A stretch of DNA of 64,000 nucleotides from Gammaproteobacteria bacterium (GTDB taxonomy: Bacteria; Pseudomonadota; Gammaproteobacteria; Pseudomonadales; Cellvibrionaceae). Below the pieces are notes generated by a model. The model made no database searches. It was not told where the DNA came from and saw only the letters and a list, made by a program, of their open reading frames with translations. How positions within the stretch are numbered: position 1 is the stretch's first letter; every line of letters begins with the position of its first letter. Shown here piece after piece: positions 19,362 to 29,793 of this stretch. The position numbers and the translations under genes are program-made. The stretch covers positions 1,095 to 65,094 of the forward strand of contig JAGKWY010000007.1 in NCBI GenBank assembly GCA_021151625.1. The letters run 5' to 3'.

Positions 19362-20111
19362 TTAGTTGGCGATAACAATTTCCACCCGCCGGTTTAGCTG
19401 ACGGCCGGATACGGAATCATTACTGGCAACCGGGGCACTTTCACCCTGTCCAACTGCAGTAATGCGCGCAGAGGAAACTCCCTGTCCAATTAAAAATACT
19501 TTCACTGAGTCCGCGCGGCGTTGGGATAATTCCTGGTTGTAACTATCACTACCAACGCTATCGGTGTGCCCCTCAATTACCAACGAACGCTCGGGTTGCT
19601 GGTTAAGGAAAGCTACCAATTTGGAGAGGTTGGTATGCGCATTAGCTTTCAAATCAGATCGGCCTGTTTCAAACAATACATCGCCAAGAGTAACGATTAA
19701 CCCGCGTTCAGTTTGTTTTGCATTTAGCTCAGCAATCTGGCGGCGCAGGGCTTCTGTTTCCTGTGTACGCGCATCCAATTGCGCAGCTGTTGCCTGATTA
19801 CTCAAATCCTTACGTTCATCCTCCAAATAACGCGCTTGTGCCAGCGCAATTGCCGTATCCACTTTGCGCTCAGCCAAATACACGTAATGCTGACTGAGTG
19901 CTTTATCTTCTTGCGGCTCTTCTGCCAACCTCACTGCTGCTTCAGCTTCTTTAATAGCGACAGGTGCAAGGCTTGCCAGTTTTGAATCGGATTGTAGCTG
20001 TGTTAGTTTGCTACGTACTTGCGCCGCTTCGTCGGGAACTTTGGGGCCGGCACAGGCGGCCAACAACCCGGTAATTGCTAAAACAATTGCCACTGAATTA
20101 AAGGATTTCAT
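19362..20111 (-). CDS. OmpA-family peptidoglycan-binding lipoprotein
   Basis: Lipobox LLAAC, helical N-domain, and a C-terminal OmpA_C motif GHTDSVGSDSYNQELSQRRADSV. Confidence 0.85.
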   Translation of the reverse strand: MKSFNSVAIVLAITGLLAACAGPKVPDEAAQVRSKLTQLQSDSKLASLAPVAIKEAEAAVRLAEEPQEDKALSQHYVYLAERKVDTAIALAQARYLEDERKDLSNQATAAQLDARTQETEALRRQIAELNAKQTERGLIVTLGDVLFETGRSDLKANAHTNLSKLVAFLNQQPERSLVIEGHTDSVGSDSYNQELSQRRADSVKVFLIGQGVSSARITAVGQGESAPVASNDSVSGRQLNRRVEIVIAN

Positions 20112-20509
20112 AGCGAACCTCCAGAATTACGTTGCAGTTCCTGTTGCAGGGTATTGATATTTTTATCGAGCTGTTCGTTAACCTCTTGCGCTTTAGCCGC
20201 TTTGGCTTTTGCGCTGGCCAACTCAGCATCTACCCGCGCTTGCTCTGCCAATCTTGCTGCGCGAACCATTTCCTTTTCCACTACGGCGATACGCGCCGCC
20301 GTTAATTTATCGCGCGCCTCCCCCAACTCTGGCGACGCATAATCTGCAACGCGATCTTGCTCAGCATTTGCAATAGCCAGCTCTGCCGCTTGCAATGCTT
20401 CATTGGGTGCCTTGGGTGTAGAGGCACAACCAGCTAACACTGTGCAAATGGCACACACTGTTATCAACGGCATTAGCCCTGCTTTTTCTCGCATAGAAAT
20501 TTTGTTCAT
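20108..20509 (-). CDS. DUF4398-like helical lipoprotein
   Basis: Lipobox VLAGC and an Ala/Glu-rich helical body. ATG at 20509 has GAGGAA 8 nt upstream. The stop overlaps the OmpA-family gene start by 4 nt. Confidence 0.65.
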   Translation of the reverse strand: MNKISMREKAGLMPLITVCAICTVLAGCASTPKAPNEALQAAELAIANAEQDRVADYASPELGEARDKLTAARIAVVEKEMVRAARLAEQARVDAELASAKAKAAKAQEVNEQLDKNINTLQQELQRNSGGSL

Positions 20510-20722
20510 GACAGCATTCCTCGAATTATCATGCTCAGTAAAAATGACCATGACAAATTTGACGAGTTCCTGCAGATTTTTTAACGATGGGAATTACAAG
20601 AAATTATAAAAAATGCAAATTTCACACAATGAAATGGCAATATTTATTATTGGCAGGACAAATAACTGAATTGCGGTATTTTTTATTAATGTAATTTTTA
20701 CAACGAAAATTGCGCGACCCAT

Positions 20723-20756
20723 AAAAAAATCCCCACAACCGAAGTTTTGGGGATTT
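20723..20756 (-). terminator. Rho-independent terminator after the CBS-domain gene
   Basis: Stem aatcccca / tggggatt followed by a T-run on the minus strand (20723-20729). Confidence 0.65.
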
Positions 20757-20788
20757 CATCCTAATGATACTATTACAAAAAAATATAA

Positions 20789-21301
20789 CTAACTGACTAA
20801 GCGCAACTCATGCCCATCGGGTTGCAGGTGACGCAAAATATCCATACTGGTAATAACACCTACAGCAATTTTATGCTCGGTCACCACCACACGGTGAATG
20901 TTATTGCGCACCATTACCGCAGCTACTTCACCTACACTGGCATCCTGCCGCACGGTAATAATTTCTTTTTGCATAATTTGGTGCACGGTGCAGTTTTGTT
21001 CAGCACGGCCACTCCACTCGCGCAAACTGGTTTCATCCAGGTCAATTTCGCAACTTTCGCGATAATAATTACGCAGCGCTTCGCGCCGGCGACTCTCTTC
21101 CATATTGCTGAATTTGAAAATATCCGACACGGTTACCACACCTACCAATTCGTGGTCTGAGGCAATCACCGGCGCGCCGGAAATTCCGTGTTTGATAAAG
21201 AAATCGGCCAAGCGACGAATAGTCCAGCCTTCATAGGCGCTCAGCAGCGTTTTACTCATAATGGTCTTGGCAGTAGCAGAGTTATTATTGGTTGCAGACA
21301 T
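20789..21301 (-). CDS. CBS-domain pair protein
   Basis: 170 aa with two CBS-like repeats (GISGAPVI...LVGVVTVSDI and IHRVVVTE...VGVITSMDIL). Confidence 0.8.
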   Translation of the reverse strand: MSATNNNSATAKTIMSKTLLSAYEGWTIRRLADFFIKHGISGAPVIASDHELVGVVTVSDIFKFSNMEESRRREALRNYYRESCEIDLDETSLREWSGRAEQNCTVHQIMQKEIITVRQDASVGEVAAVMVRNNIHRVVVTEHKIAVGVITSMDILRHLQPDGHELRLVS

Positions 21302-21490
21302 ATCAGGTTCCTCATGCAGGTGTTTTCATGCGATCTGTTGATACAGAAATGGGAAACGCCTGATAAGTATTGACCGTTTGTTATGTTTAGCAGTGTATAA
21401 ATGCGTTAAATCCGGTCTAACGTTTAGACTTATTTGATATTAAATAATCATTAATAAAACCATTCTAACCATACATAAACCCATCACAAT

Positions 21491-21522
21491 AAAAAAACCG
21501 CCGGCAGTTAACTGGCGGCGGT
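21491..21522 (-). terminator. Rho-independent terminator after the MFS transporter gene
   Basis: Stem accgccgcc / ggcggcggt type hairpin (21497-21522) followed by a 7-nt T-run on the minus strand. Confidence 0.7.
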
Positions 21523-21560
21523 TTTCCAAAGTACAACAAACAGCTAATGCGAACGAGAAA

Positions 21561-22979
21561 TTACAAGTCGGTAATTGGCTTGTATTTAGGCACCAGCATG
21601 CGCATAACAAACCAGGCAATCAGATAAGCGGTTGCGCAGATCGCAAACATAATGGTGTAACCCATAGCGGTATTGCCTACTTTTTCAAAGTGGTCGAACA
21701 ATCCACCACCCAATTTATTCAGCAATACACCGCCCATACCACCGGCGAAACCACCAATCCCTACCACTGAACCCACTGCCTTTTTCGGGAACATGTCAGA
21801 CACAGTCGTGAAAATATTGGCTGACCAGGCTTGGTGAGCGGATGCACCCACCGCAATCAGCAGGATCGGAATCCACACAGAAATATGACCCAAGGGCTGA
21901 GCCAACAACACCACTAACGGGAAGAGTGCAATAACAAACATCGCCGTACGACGCGCATTAAACGCATCCATACCTTTTTTGATGAAGTAACTGGGGAAGG
22001 CACCGCCACCGATACTACCGAACATGGTCAGGGTATAGATAAGCGCGATAGGTAAAGCAATTTCGGTTTTTTCCATGCCGTACTGTTTGCCCAAATAAAT
22101 AGGCAACCAAAACAGGAAGAACCACCAGACGCCGTCGGTCATAAATTTACCAAAGGCAAATGCCCAGGTTTGGCGATAACTCAACAAGGAAACCCAGGAG
22201 GTTTTTACTTCTTCTTCAACGGCTTCACTTTCGGCAACGTCAGAGTTGATGTAAGCGCGCTCGGAAGCACTTAAACGTTTTTGCTCGCTCGGCTTGTCGT
22301 ACCACACCCACCAGAAGGCAATCCAGGCCAAACCGATAATGCCGACAATAATAAATGCCCACTGCCAGCCCCACATCACACCAATTACCGGCACAGTCAA
22401 AGGCGCGAGGATTGCACCTACGTTAGCACCCGAGTTGAAAATACCCGTCGCAAAGGAGCGTTCTTTCTTGGGGAAGTATTCAGCAGTTGCCTTAATGGCG
22501 GCCGGGAAGTTACCCGCTTCACCAAAGGCCAGTACCGCGCGGGCGATCATAAAACCGGCCACTGAATAGGCAGTGATAGCAGCAACACCATTCACTGTGC
22601 CACTGGCCTGGTCGATATCCGCCAACCCAATCCAGCTCAGGAAGGTGTAAAAACCAGCGCCCATTTCATAGGAAAACGCGTGGATTGCTGCACCTATAGA
22701 CCATATGGCAATGGCGATGATATAGCCGTTCTTGGTGCCGAACTTATCGATAAAGCGACCCGCAAAAATCATGGAGATCGCATACACAAAGGTAAACAGG
22801 GCTGTGATATTGCCGTAGTCGTTGTTATTCCAATGGTAGAGTTGCATCAACTCCGGGGATAGCAGGCTTAATACCTGACGATCGAGATAGTTAACCGTGG
22901 TAGCGAAAAACAACAGACCACAAATAGTCCAACGGTAATTGCCAACGGATTGCTGGCCAAGGGCGGTTTGCTGGTTCAT
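21561..22979 (-). CDS. MFS transporter, hexuronate/anionic-sugar (ExuT/ACS-like) type
   Basis: 12-TM profile. N-terminal YRWTICGLLFFATTVNYLDRQVLSLL is typical of the ACS/ExuT subgroup. Confidence 0.8.
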   Translation of the reverse strand: MNQQTALGQQSVGNYRWTICGLLFFATTVNYLDRQVLSLLSPELMQLYHWNNNDYGNITALFTFVYAISMIFAGRFIDKFGTKNGYIIAIAIWSIGAAIHAFSYEMGAGFYTFLSWIGLADIDQASGTVNGVAAITAYSVAGFMIARAVLAFGEAGNFPAAIKATAEYFPKKERSFATGIFNSGANVGAILAPLTVPVIGVMWGWQWAFIIVGIIGLAWIAFWWVWYDKPSEQKRLSASERAYINSDVAESEAVEEEVKTSWVSLLSYRQTWAFAFGKFMTDGVWWFFLFWLPIYLGKQYGMEKTEIALPIALIYTLTMFGSIGGGAFPSYFIKKGMDAFNARRTAMFVIALFPLVVLLAQPLGHISVWIPILLIAVGASAHQAWSANIFTTVSDMFPKKAVGSVVGIGGFAGGMGGVLLNKLGGGLFDHFEKVGNTAMGYTIMFAICATAYLIAWFVMRMLVPKYKPITDL

Positions 22980-23284
22980 AAGGTCACATGCTTATAGTTA
23001 TGGAATACAAAGGGAATCATAGCCGCATTAAGCAAGTTTGCTAAAAAGTCACGCTGGCTAATGAAACACTCACCTGTTTGTATTGACCTTAGGTGCCGGG
23101 GGTATCTGCATGAATTGCGATTACGCATCTGCAGATGAAGTATTTGGTGCTACTTATTATGGGGACGAAAATTAGCATGTTTCCCTTGGCCAAACAAGCC
23201 GCAAGGAGTGTAAAGTCTTTATCCAACAACTACTTATCTGCTGACTTATAACCAAATAACTGCCTCTCCATCAACAGCAGTTCT

Positions 23285-23366
23285 CCCTCCCTTTGCAAAA
23301 GGGAGGGTTGTGGAGGGATTCAAATAAGCGGGCCGGGATTTAATAATTAGGGAGGGATTCAAATAA
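23285..23366. repeat. Intergenic GGGAGGG-based repeat cluster upstream of the AddB-like gene
   Basis: Hairpin ccctcccttt-gca-aaagggaggg (23285-23307), plus two exact copies of GGAGGGATTCAAATAA (23312-23327 and 23351-23366). Confidence 0.6.
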
Positions 23367-23406
23367 AAGGCATAATTGCCCCACTCTAATAGCGCCAGAA
23401 AACATC

Positions 23407-26124
23407 ATGGTTGATACCTATTTCGATATTACTCCTTACCTGCCTGCCATTAATAACGGCGAATTAATCATCACCGCCAACAACCGTCTGCGTAACCACA
23501 TGCTGCGCGCTTACGGCAAACAGCAAGAACAAGGGGTATGGAGCAGCCCGCGAATTTACTCACTGAGCCAGTGGATCGACCTCAACTGGTCGCAATTGCA
23601 ACGCCGTGCCTATGCACCGGCAGCACGCCAGATCATTAATAACCTGCAACGTCAGGCGCTGTGGGAAAAAATTATCAGCCAATCGTCCCTGGCTGCCGCC
23701 CTCTTGCAACCTGAGCCGCTAGCCCAGGCTGCAGACAGTGCCTTGCGCAACCTGGAACTGTGGCAATTAACCGAAGAGGATGTTCGCACTGCCGAGCCAC
23801 AATTAAATGTGGCCAGCAATAGTTATTGCTGGCTCACCTGGCTGGGTGAATTCCGCGCAAAGCTTGCATCTCTGGGATTTATTACCCAGGAAAATGCCAT
23901 CACCATTTTGGCAGATACTTTTAAACAATTTGTCATTGCGCAAGAAGCGATTATCCATCTCACCGGTTTTGATGATATTCCCCCGCTCCACCAGGATTTA
24001 ATTAATAGCGCCTGCCAGCAGTTAAACAGCATCAAAGTGGAAAACCAATCCGCACAATTGCTGCGCACTGAAACCAATAGCAGTGAACAGGAAATTCGCA
24101 GTGCAGCGCTGTGGAGCAAACAGCAACTGGAACAAAACCCCGAGGCGATGATTGGCATAATCGTGCCCAACCTCGGCCAATGCCGCGACCAGGTGGAACG
24201 CATTTTTGTGGAAGTGTTTGAGCCGCTGGCGCTGCTACCGGACCAACCCCGCTACACACTGCCCTTTAACTTTTCCGCTGGCACACCGCTGGGGACAACA
24301 GCGATTATTGCTGCCACTCTGGATTTACTGGAGCTACAAAAAACCAGTTGGGATCTGGAAAGCATTTGTCATCTGTTGCTGTCACCATTTTTTGGTGATG
24401 CCGATAGTGAATTGGTATTGCGCACCCATTTAATTACCGCGTTGCGCAAGCAGGGAAAATTTACAATCAGCCTGAGCGATATCCGTTACTTCTGTAAAAA
24501 AATGTCTGATCAACTGGGCATTGCCGAAAACGATAGCAGTTTGAGCACACGCTTAATTCAACTGGAAAATTATCGCCGCCAAACCTATGGCAACCACAGC
24601 GCACAATACTGGAGTGATTTTTTCCAAACGCATTTGGATCTGCTCGGCTGGCCGGGCACACGCCGGTTAGATAGCCAGGAGCACCAGCAACTCAGCCAGT
24701 GGAATAGTTTGCTGGAAAATTTTATCCAACTGGACAATACCGGGATTCAATTTTCCTACCTCGCCGCCGTGCAACAATTGCGTACCATTGCCGGAAAAAC
24801 GCCCTTCCAGGCACAAACACCGCATTCACCGATTCAAATCCTCGGCGCGTTAGAAGGCGCCGGTTTGCAATTCAGCCACTGCTGGGTGATGGGCTTACAC
24901 CACCGCCAGTGGCCGCCAGTGCCTGCACCTAATCCGTTGTTGCCTACGAATTTGCAACGCACCCATAAAATGCCGCACGCCAGTGCAGAACGCGAATTGG
25001 AATTTGCGCGCGCGCTTACAGCGCATTATCGCCAGTGTGCCGCGCAGGTTATTTTTAGTTCGGCCCATAGCGACGAAGACAGCGAACTCAGCCCCAGTGC
25101 ATTAATTCGCAGTTGGCCGCTTACACCAATTCAGCAACTCGTTGTAAATGATACAAGCGCGAGCGCGTATAACTACCAGCAGATAGCCGCACAACAATCG
25201 CCGCAAACTATTCAGGTTGCGCAGGCCCCGGTATTACAAGTTGAACAAGAACCTGTGCGCGGTGGTGCTAACTTATTTAAAGAACAAGCCGCCTGCCCAT
25301 TTAATGCGTTTGCGCGTTTGCGCCTGGGCGCAACCCGAGTTGATGATCCCATCGCCGGTTTCTCACCCATTGAACGCGGAAATTTATTGCACGATGCACT
25401 GGCAGTTATCTGGCGTGAATTAAAAACCCAGGCAAATTTATTAGCACTGGATGATGCCGCGCTCACCAATCTGGTAAATAACACCACGCAAGCCTCTGTT
25501 GATGCCATCAAACAAAAGCGCGGCACCAATATTGGTGTTGTCTACGCACAGCTTGAACAAGAGCGCTTGCAACAATTGATATTGGAATGGCTCACATTGG
25601 AAAAAACACGCCCGACGTTTAGCGTGATAGCAATTGAGCAGGAAGTGGAAATTACTTTCGCTGGCTTACCATTGAAGTTGCGTATCGACCGTATCGATCA
25701 ACTTGAACACAGTGGCGAACTAATCCTGATCGATTACAAAACCGGTAGCCCCAGCGTTAAAAGTTGGCAAGGTAACCGTATGGATGAGCCGCAGTTACCG
25801 CTCTATGCTGTCACCGCCGACAACAAGGTAGCAGCCATCAGCTTTGCACAAATTAATGCCAAGGCAATGAAATGGCTGGGCACCGGCGAATTACACATAC
25901 AACACGCAGGTATTGATACTGGAAAAATCAGCTGGCAAGAACAGGTTGATACCTGGACGCAAGATTTACAACAACTCGCCCGAGCGTTTATTCAAGGCGA
26001 TGCACGCGTGGATATGAAAAATTCAACCACAGCGCAATATGCTGAAGATTTATTACCACTCAACCGTTTACTGGAACAGGATGCGATAGCAAATTTCCTG
26101 CGTACTAACGGAGGAGCCAACTAA
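23407..26124 (+). CDS. PD-(D/E)XK nuclease family DNA-repair protein (AddB-like partner, no Walker A)
   Basis: 905 aa. C-terminal RecB-type nuclease motifs (ACPFNAF ... GNLLHDAL ... IDRIDQL...LILIDYKTG). No P-loop is visible in the N-terminal half. The stop overlaps the next start (TAATG). Confidence 0.8.
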   Translation: MVDTYFDITPYLPAINNGELIITANNRLRNHMLRAYGKQQEQGVWSSPRIYSLSQWIDLNWSQLQRRAYAPAARQIINNLQRQALWEKIISQSSLAAALLQPEPLAQAADSALRNLELWQLTEEDVRTAEPQLNVASNSYCWLTWLGEFRAKLASLGFITQENAITILADTFKQFVIAQEAIIHLTGFDDIPPLHQDLINSACQQLNSIKVENQSAQLLRTETNSSEQEIRSAALWSKQQLEQNPEAMIGIIVPNLGQCRDQVERIFVEVFEPLALLPDQPRYTLPFNFSAGTPLGTTAIIAATLDLLELQKTSWDLESICHLLLSPFFGDADSELVLRTHLITALRKQGKFTISLSDIRYFCKKMSDQLGIAENDSSLSTRLIQLENYRRQTYGNHSAQYWSDFFQTHLDLLGWPGTRRLDSQEHQQLSQWNSLLENFIQLDNTGIQFSYLAAVQQLRTIAGKTPFQAQTPHSPIQILGALEGAGLQFSHCWVMGLHHRQWPPVPAPNPLLPTNLQRTHKMPHASAERELEFARALTAHYRQCAAQVIFSSAHSDEDSELSPSALIRSWPLTPIQQLVVNDTSASAYNYQQIAAQQSPQTIQVAQAPVLQVEQEPVRGGANLFKEQAACPFNAFARLRLGATRVDDPIAGFSPIERGNLLHDALAVIWRELKTQANLLALDDAALTNLVNNTTQASVDAIKQKRGTNIGVVYAQLEQERLQQLILEWLTLEKTRPTFSVIAIEQEVEITFAGLPLKLRIDRIDQLEHSGELILIDYKTGSPSVKSWQGNRMDEPQLPLYAVTADNKVAAISFAQINAKAMKWLGTGELHIQHAGIDTGKISWQEQVDTWTQDLQQLARAFIQGDARVDMKNSTTAQYAEDLLPLNRLLEQDAIANFLRTNGGAN

Positions 26125-29100
26125 TGTCGCAATCGAGTTTTGATTTTGAATCCCCCACCGATAATTCGCCGGCCGCAACAGGCAATCAATTCACGGACAG
26201 TCAATCCGCAAGCAGTCAACTAGCAAGCAGTCAACCAATAGACCAACAGGTTCGTTTTGATGCATTAAACCCGCACAAATCCTTTGCGGTATCTGCGCCC
26301 GCCGGTTCTGGTAAAACCGGATTGCTAACCCAGCGTGTGCTCACCTTGCTCGCCTGGTGCGAACAGCCGGAAGAAATTCTCGCGATTACCTTTACGCGCA
26401 AAGCCGCCGGCGAAATGCAGGACCGGATTATCCACGCCCTTTGGCAAGCGGCGGAGAATCCTCAACCGCAAGATCCCCATGCCCTTCGCACATGGCAACT
26501 CGCGCAAAAGGTACTGGAGCGCGACCGGGAATTGCAATGGAATTTATTGCAAAGCCCGCAGCGCTTGCGTGTGCAAACTATCGATAGCCTGTGCCGTTCC
26601 ATCACCAAACAATTGCCACTCGCCAGCGGTATAGGTGCGCAACCGGATACGCTGGAAGATGCCAACCAAGCCTATCGTTTAGCCGTGCGCGAATTGTTTA
26701 AATTGCTCGAGCAGGATTCGCCCTTCCGCGACGACTTAACTCGCCTGCTGCGCCATATGGATAACAACCTGAATGCGGTAGAAAATCTATTAACCAGCCT
26801 GCTCGCCAAACGCGAACAATGGTTAAGCGTGCTCTTGCAAGCTCGCCATGAAGATGCGCGCCGCTATCTGGAAAATGTATTGCAATTGGTGATTCGCGAA
26901 CATCTGGAGCTGGTTGAAGAAGCGCTGTTATTACACAGCAGCGAAATTTGCAGCATTGCCGATGCAGCAGCAACCAACTTGCAGCAAGAAGGCGAGCGTA
27001 AAAACCGTATCCACGAATTGCTGGGCATTAGCGGGTTACCACCTGCAGAACCAACGGTTATTCCGGTGTGGCTTGCCCTTGCCGATTTATTGCTAACCAA
27101 CAGCGGCACTTATCGCGCACGCCTGACCAAGGCGGAAGGTTTTCCCGCCGGTAAAGAAAATGCTGAATTAAAAACTCGCTTCAGTGATTTAACTGCAGCA
27201 ATTACCGATACCTCACCCGAGGCCGAACAATTGCTCAACGAAGTGCGTGCACTGCCCGCACCACATTACGCTGAACATCAATGGCAATTGCTGGATAGCC
27301 TCACCAGCATTCTGCCCATTTTAGCCGCGCAACTTACCCTGGTATTTAAGCAGCTCAGTGCAACGGACTACACCGCCATCAGCCAGGCCGCACTCATTGC
27401 GCTGGGCGATGAAGATTCCCCGAGTGATCTGGCCCTGCAACTGGATTATCGCATTCGCCATATTCTGGTGGATGAATTCCAGGATACCGCCAGTCCGCAG
27501 TTGGAACTGCTGAAAAAATTAACCAGCGGCTGGCAAGCTGACGACGGCCGCACTTTATTTATTGTGGGCGACGGCATGCAAAGCTGTTATGGCTTTCGCA
27601 ATGCCAACGTCGGTTTGTTTCTGGATGCGCGCCAACAAGGCATTGGCTCAGTCGCGCTGGACGCATTGGATTTGCGCGTAAACTTTCGCTCGCAAGCTGG
27701 TGTCGTTAATTGGGTAAATGAGGTATTTAAAAATGCATTTCCCGCACAGGATGATATCAGTCGCGGCGCGGTAAGCTATTCCCCTTCTGTTGCCTTCAAA
27801 CCGGAATTGGATCGCGCACAACACGGCAATGCGGTGCAATTTCATATCAGCCGTTATGAATCCCAGGATCAGTCCGCAGAAAAAAATGGCGATGACGAGG
27901 ATGAAAGCTTTTCCCGCTATTCCAACCCAAGGCAAGATGCGCAATGGCAGGAAGCAGAAAAAGTTGTCGAGTTAGTACAAGAAGCACGCAATAAAAATCC
28001 GGATGGCAGCATCGCTATACTGGTGCGTACACGCAATCACCTTCAAAAAATATTGCCCGCATTAAATGCAGCCGGGTTAAGTTATCAGGCCACCGAAATT
28101 GATCGTCTCGCCAGTCGCATGGCAATTATGGATTTACTGTCACTTACGCGCGCGCTGTTAAACCCGGCAGATCGCATTGCCTGGCTGGCAATTTTGCGCG
28201 CGCCCTGGTGTGGGCTGGACAATCATGATTTGCATCGTATTACCATCGCACAGCTTAACGAATTAAATCCGCGCACCAGTGAAACTGCGTTCGGGGTTAT
28301 CTGGCCGCAACTACAACATTACGCCAGTATTTCCGGTATTAGCCATGCCGGCCAACAAATACTCGCGCGTATTGTTCCGTTATTGCAACAAACCCTGGCA
28401 GAGCGCTACCGCAAACCCTTGCGACAATGGATTGAAGGCCTCTGGTTAGCCTTAGGTGGGCCGGCAACCTTATTGGATGAAAATGATCGCGATAATATCC
28501 AGAGTTTTTTTGCACTGCTGGACAAACACCAACAAGGTGGCAGCATTCGCGATTGGCAAGCTTTCCATCAAGCCATTGAACGTTTATTTGCCGCCCCGCA
28601 AGCAAACGCCGACGCGCGCTTGCAGGTGATGACCATCCATAAATCCAAAGGCCTGGAATTCGATACGGTAATTATTCCTGGCCTGGATCGCAGCGCCCGC
28701 AAAGACGACAAGCAATTATTGTTGTGGCAGGAACGTATTAACCATCACGGGGAAAAACAATTATTACTTGGTTCGCTCGCACCTACCGGTAAAGATGAAG
28801 ACAGCCTTTACACCTTTATGCGCCGCGAACAGGAAAAACAACAAGCCTTTGAATCCACGCGCTTGTTATATGTAGGCTGTACCCGTGCAATTAAACAATT
28901 GCATTTAATTGCCTGCATCAATAGCAAAGAGGAAGAACTGCAGGCACCAGCGAAAAACTCATTGCTGCATAGCATTTGGCCACTCGTTAAAGAGCAGGCC
29001 AACACTATTGCAGGTAGCAATACATCCGTATCAACCGTAGAACGGGATTCAATCATCACCGATCAACCCGGATTACAACATCTTTTACGCTTACCTCCGC

Positions 29101-29780
29101 AATGGCAATTTCCTGCATTGCAGGAAATCACGCTGTTAAAAAACTATCGCGGCCACGAATATGATTTAACTACAAATGAAGAATCGCCCACAGAGCACCA
29201 GCAAAACCCACTCAACCTGCCTGAGCTGGAAACGACTAGTGCACGCCTTGCTCGCCATACCGGCACAGTCATCCACTCTGCCCTGCAAGCCCTGGTGGAA
29301 AATAAACTAGTGACAGCAAGCGAATGCGTGTCGGCAGACGATTTTATTCATCAACAATATTCCTTCTGGAAAATCCAGTTGCAACAACTCGGTTGGAATG
29401 GTGATCATTTGCAACATGCCCTGAAAAAAATCAGTACGGTTATCAGCAATACACTGAACAGCGAAACGGGCCACTGGCTACTCAATTGTGAACACACACA
29501 AAGTGCCTGTGAATTATCATTGATGCAAAAGGACCAGCAGGACGTCAAAGAATCCATCATCGACCGCACCTTTGTAGAAAATGGGACTCGCTGGATTGTG
29601 GATTACAAAAGCAGCGAACCAGAGGCCAATGAAACCCTGGATGCTTTCTTTGCACGAGAAATGGAAACTTATAAAGGTCAGTTGTTGCGCTATAAGAAGC
29701 TTATTGCTGCAATGGAAACATTGCCGATTAAAACAGCGCTTTATTTAGTCAGTGTCGGAAAGCTGATCGAAGCCTTATAA
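26124..29780 (+). CDS. UvrD/Rep-type helicase with C-terminal RecB-like nuclease (AddA-like)
   Basis: Walker A SAPAGSGKTG, motif II ILVDEFQDTA, VMTIHKSKGLEF. C-terminal nuclease IIDRTF...RWIVDYKS. Confidence 0.85.
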   Translation: MSQSSFDFESPTDNSPAATGNQFTDSQSASSQLASSQPIDQQVRFDALNPHKSFAVSAPAGSGKTGLLTQRVLTLLAWCEQPEEILAITFTRKAAGEMQDRIIHALWQAAENPQPQDPHALRTWQLAQKVLERDRELQWNLLQSPQRLRVQTIDSLCRSITKQLPLASGIGAQPDTLEDANQAYRLAVRELFKLLEQDSPFRDDLTRLLRHMDNNLNAVENLLTSLLAKREQWLSVLLQARHEDARRYLENVLQLVIREHLELVEEALLLHSSEICSIADAAATNLQQEGERKNRIHELLGISGLPPAEPTVIPVWLALADLLLTNSGTYRARLTKAEGFPAGKENAELKTRFSDLTAAITDTSPEAEQLLNEVRALPAPHYAEHQWQLLDSLTSILPILAAQLTLVFKQLSATDYTAISQAALIALGDEDSPSDLALQLDYRIRHILVDEFQDTASPQLELLKKLTSGWQADDGRTLFIVGDGMQSCYGFRNANVGLFLDARQQGIGSVALDALDLRVNFRSQAGVVNWVNEVFKNAFPAQDDISRGAVSYSPSVAFKPELDRAQHGNAVQFHISRYESQDQSAEKNGDDEDESFSRYSNPRQDAQWQEAEKVVELVQEARNKNPDGSIAILVRTRNHLQKILPALNAAGLSYQATEIDRLASRMAIMDLLSLTRALLNPADRIAWLAILRAPWCGLDNHDLHRITIAQLNELNPRTSETAFGVIWPQLQHYASISGISHAGQQILARIVPLLQQTLAERYRKPLRQWIEGLWLALGGPATLLDENDRDNIQSFFALLDKHQQGGSIRDWQAFHQAIERLFAAPQANADARLQVMTIHKSKGLEFDTVIIPGLDRSARKDDKQLLLWQERINHHGEKQLLLGSLAPTGKDEDSLYTFMRREQEKQQAFESTRLLYVGCTRAIKQLHLIACINSKEEELQAPAKNSLLHSIWPLVKEQANTIAGSNTSVSTVERDSIITDQPGLQHLLRLPPQWQFPALQEITLLKNYRGHEYDLTTNEESPTEHQQNPLNLPELETTSARLARHTGTVIHSALQALVENKLVTASECVSADDFIHQQYSFWKIQLQQLGWNGDHLQHALKKISTVISNTLNSETGHWLLNCEHTQSACELSLMQKDQQDVKESIIDRTFVENGTRWIVDYKSSEPEANETLDAFFAREMETYKGQLLRYKKLIAAMETLPIKTALYLVSVGKLIEAL

Positions 29781-29793
29781 ATGAAAACCCGGG

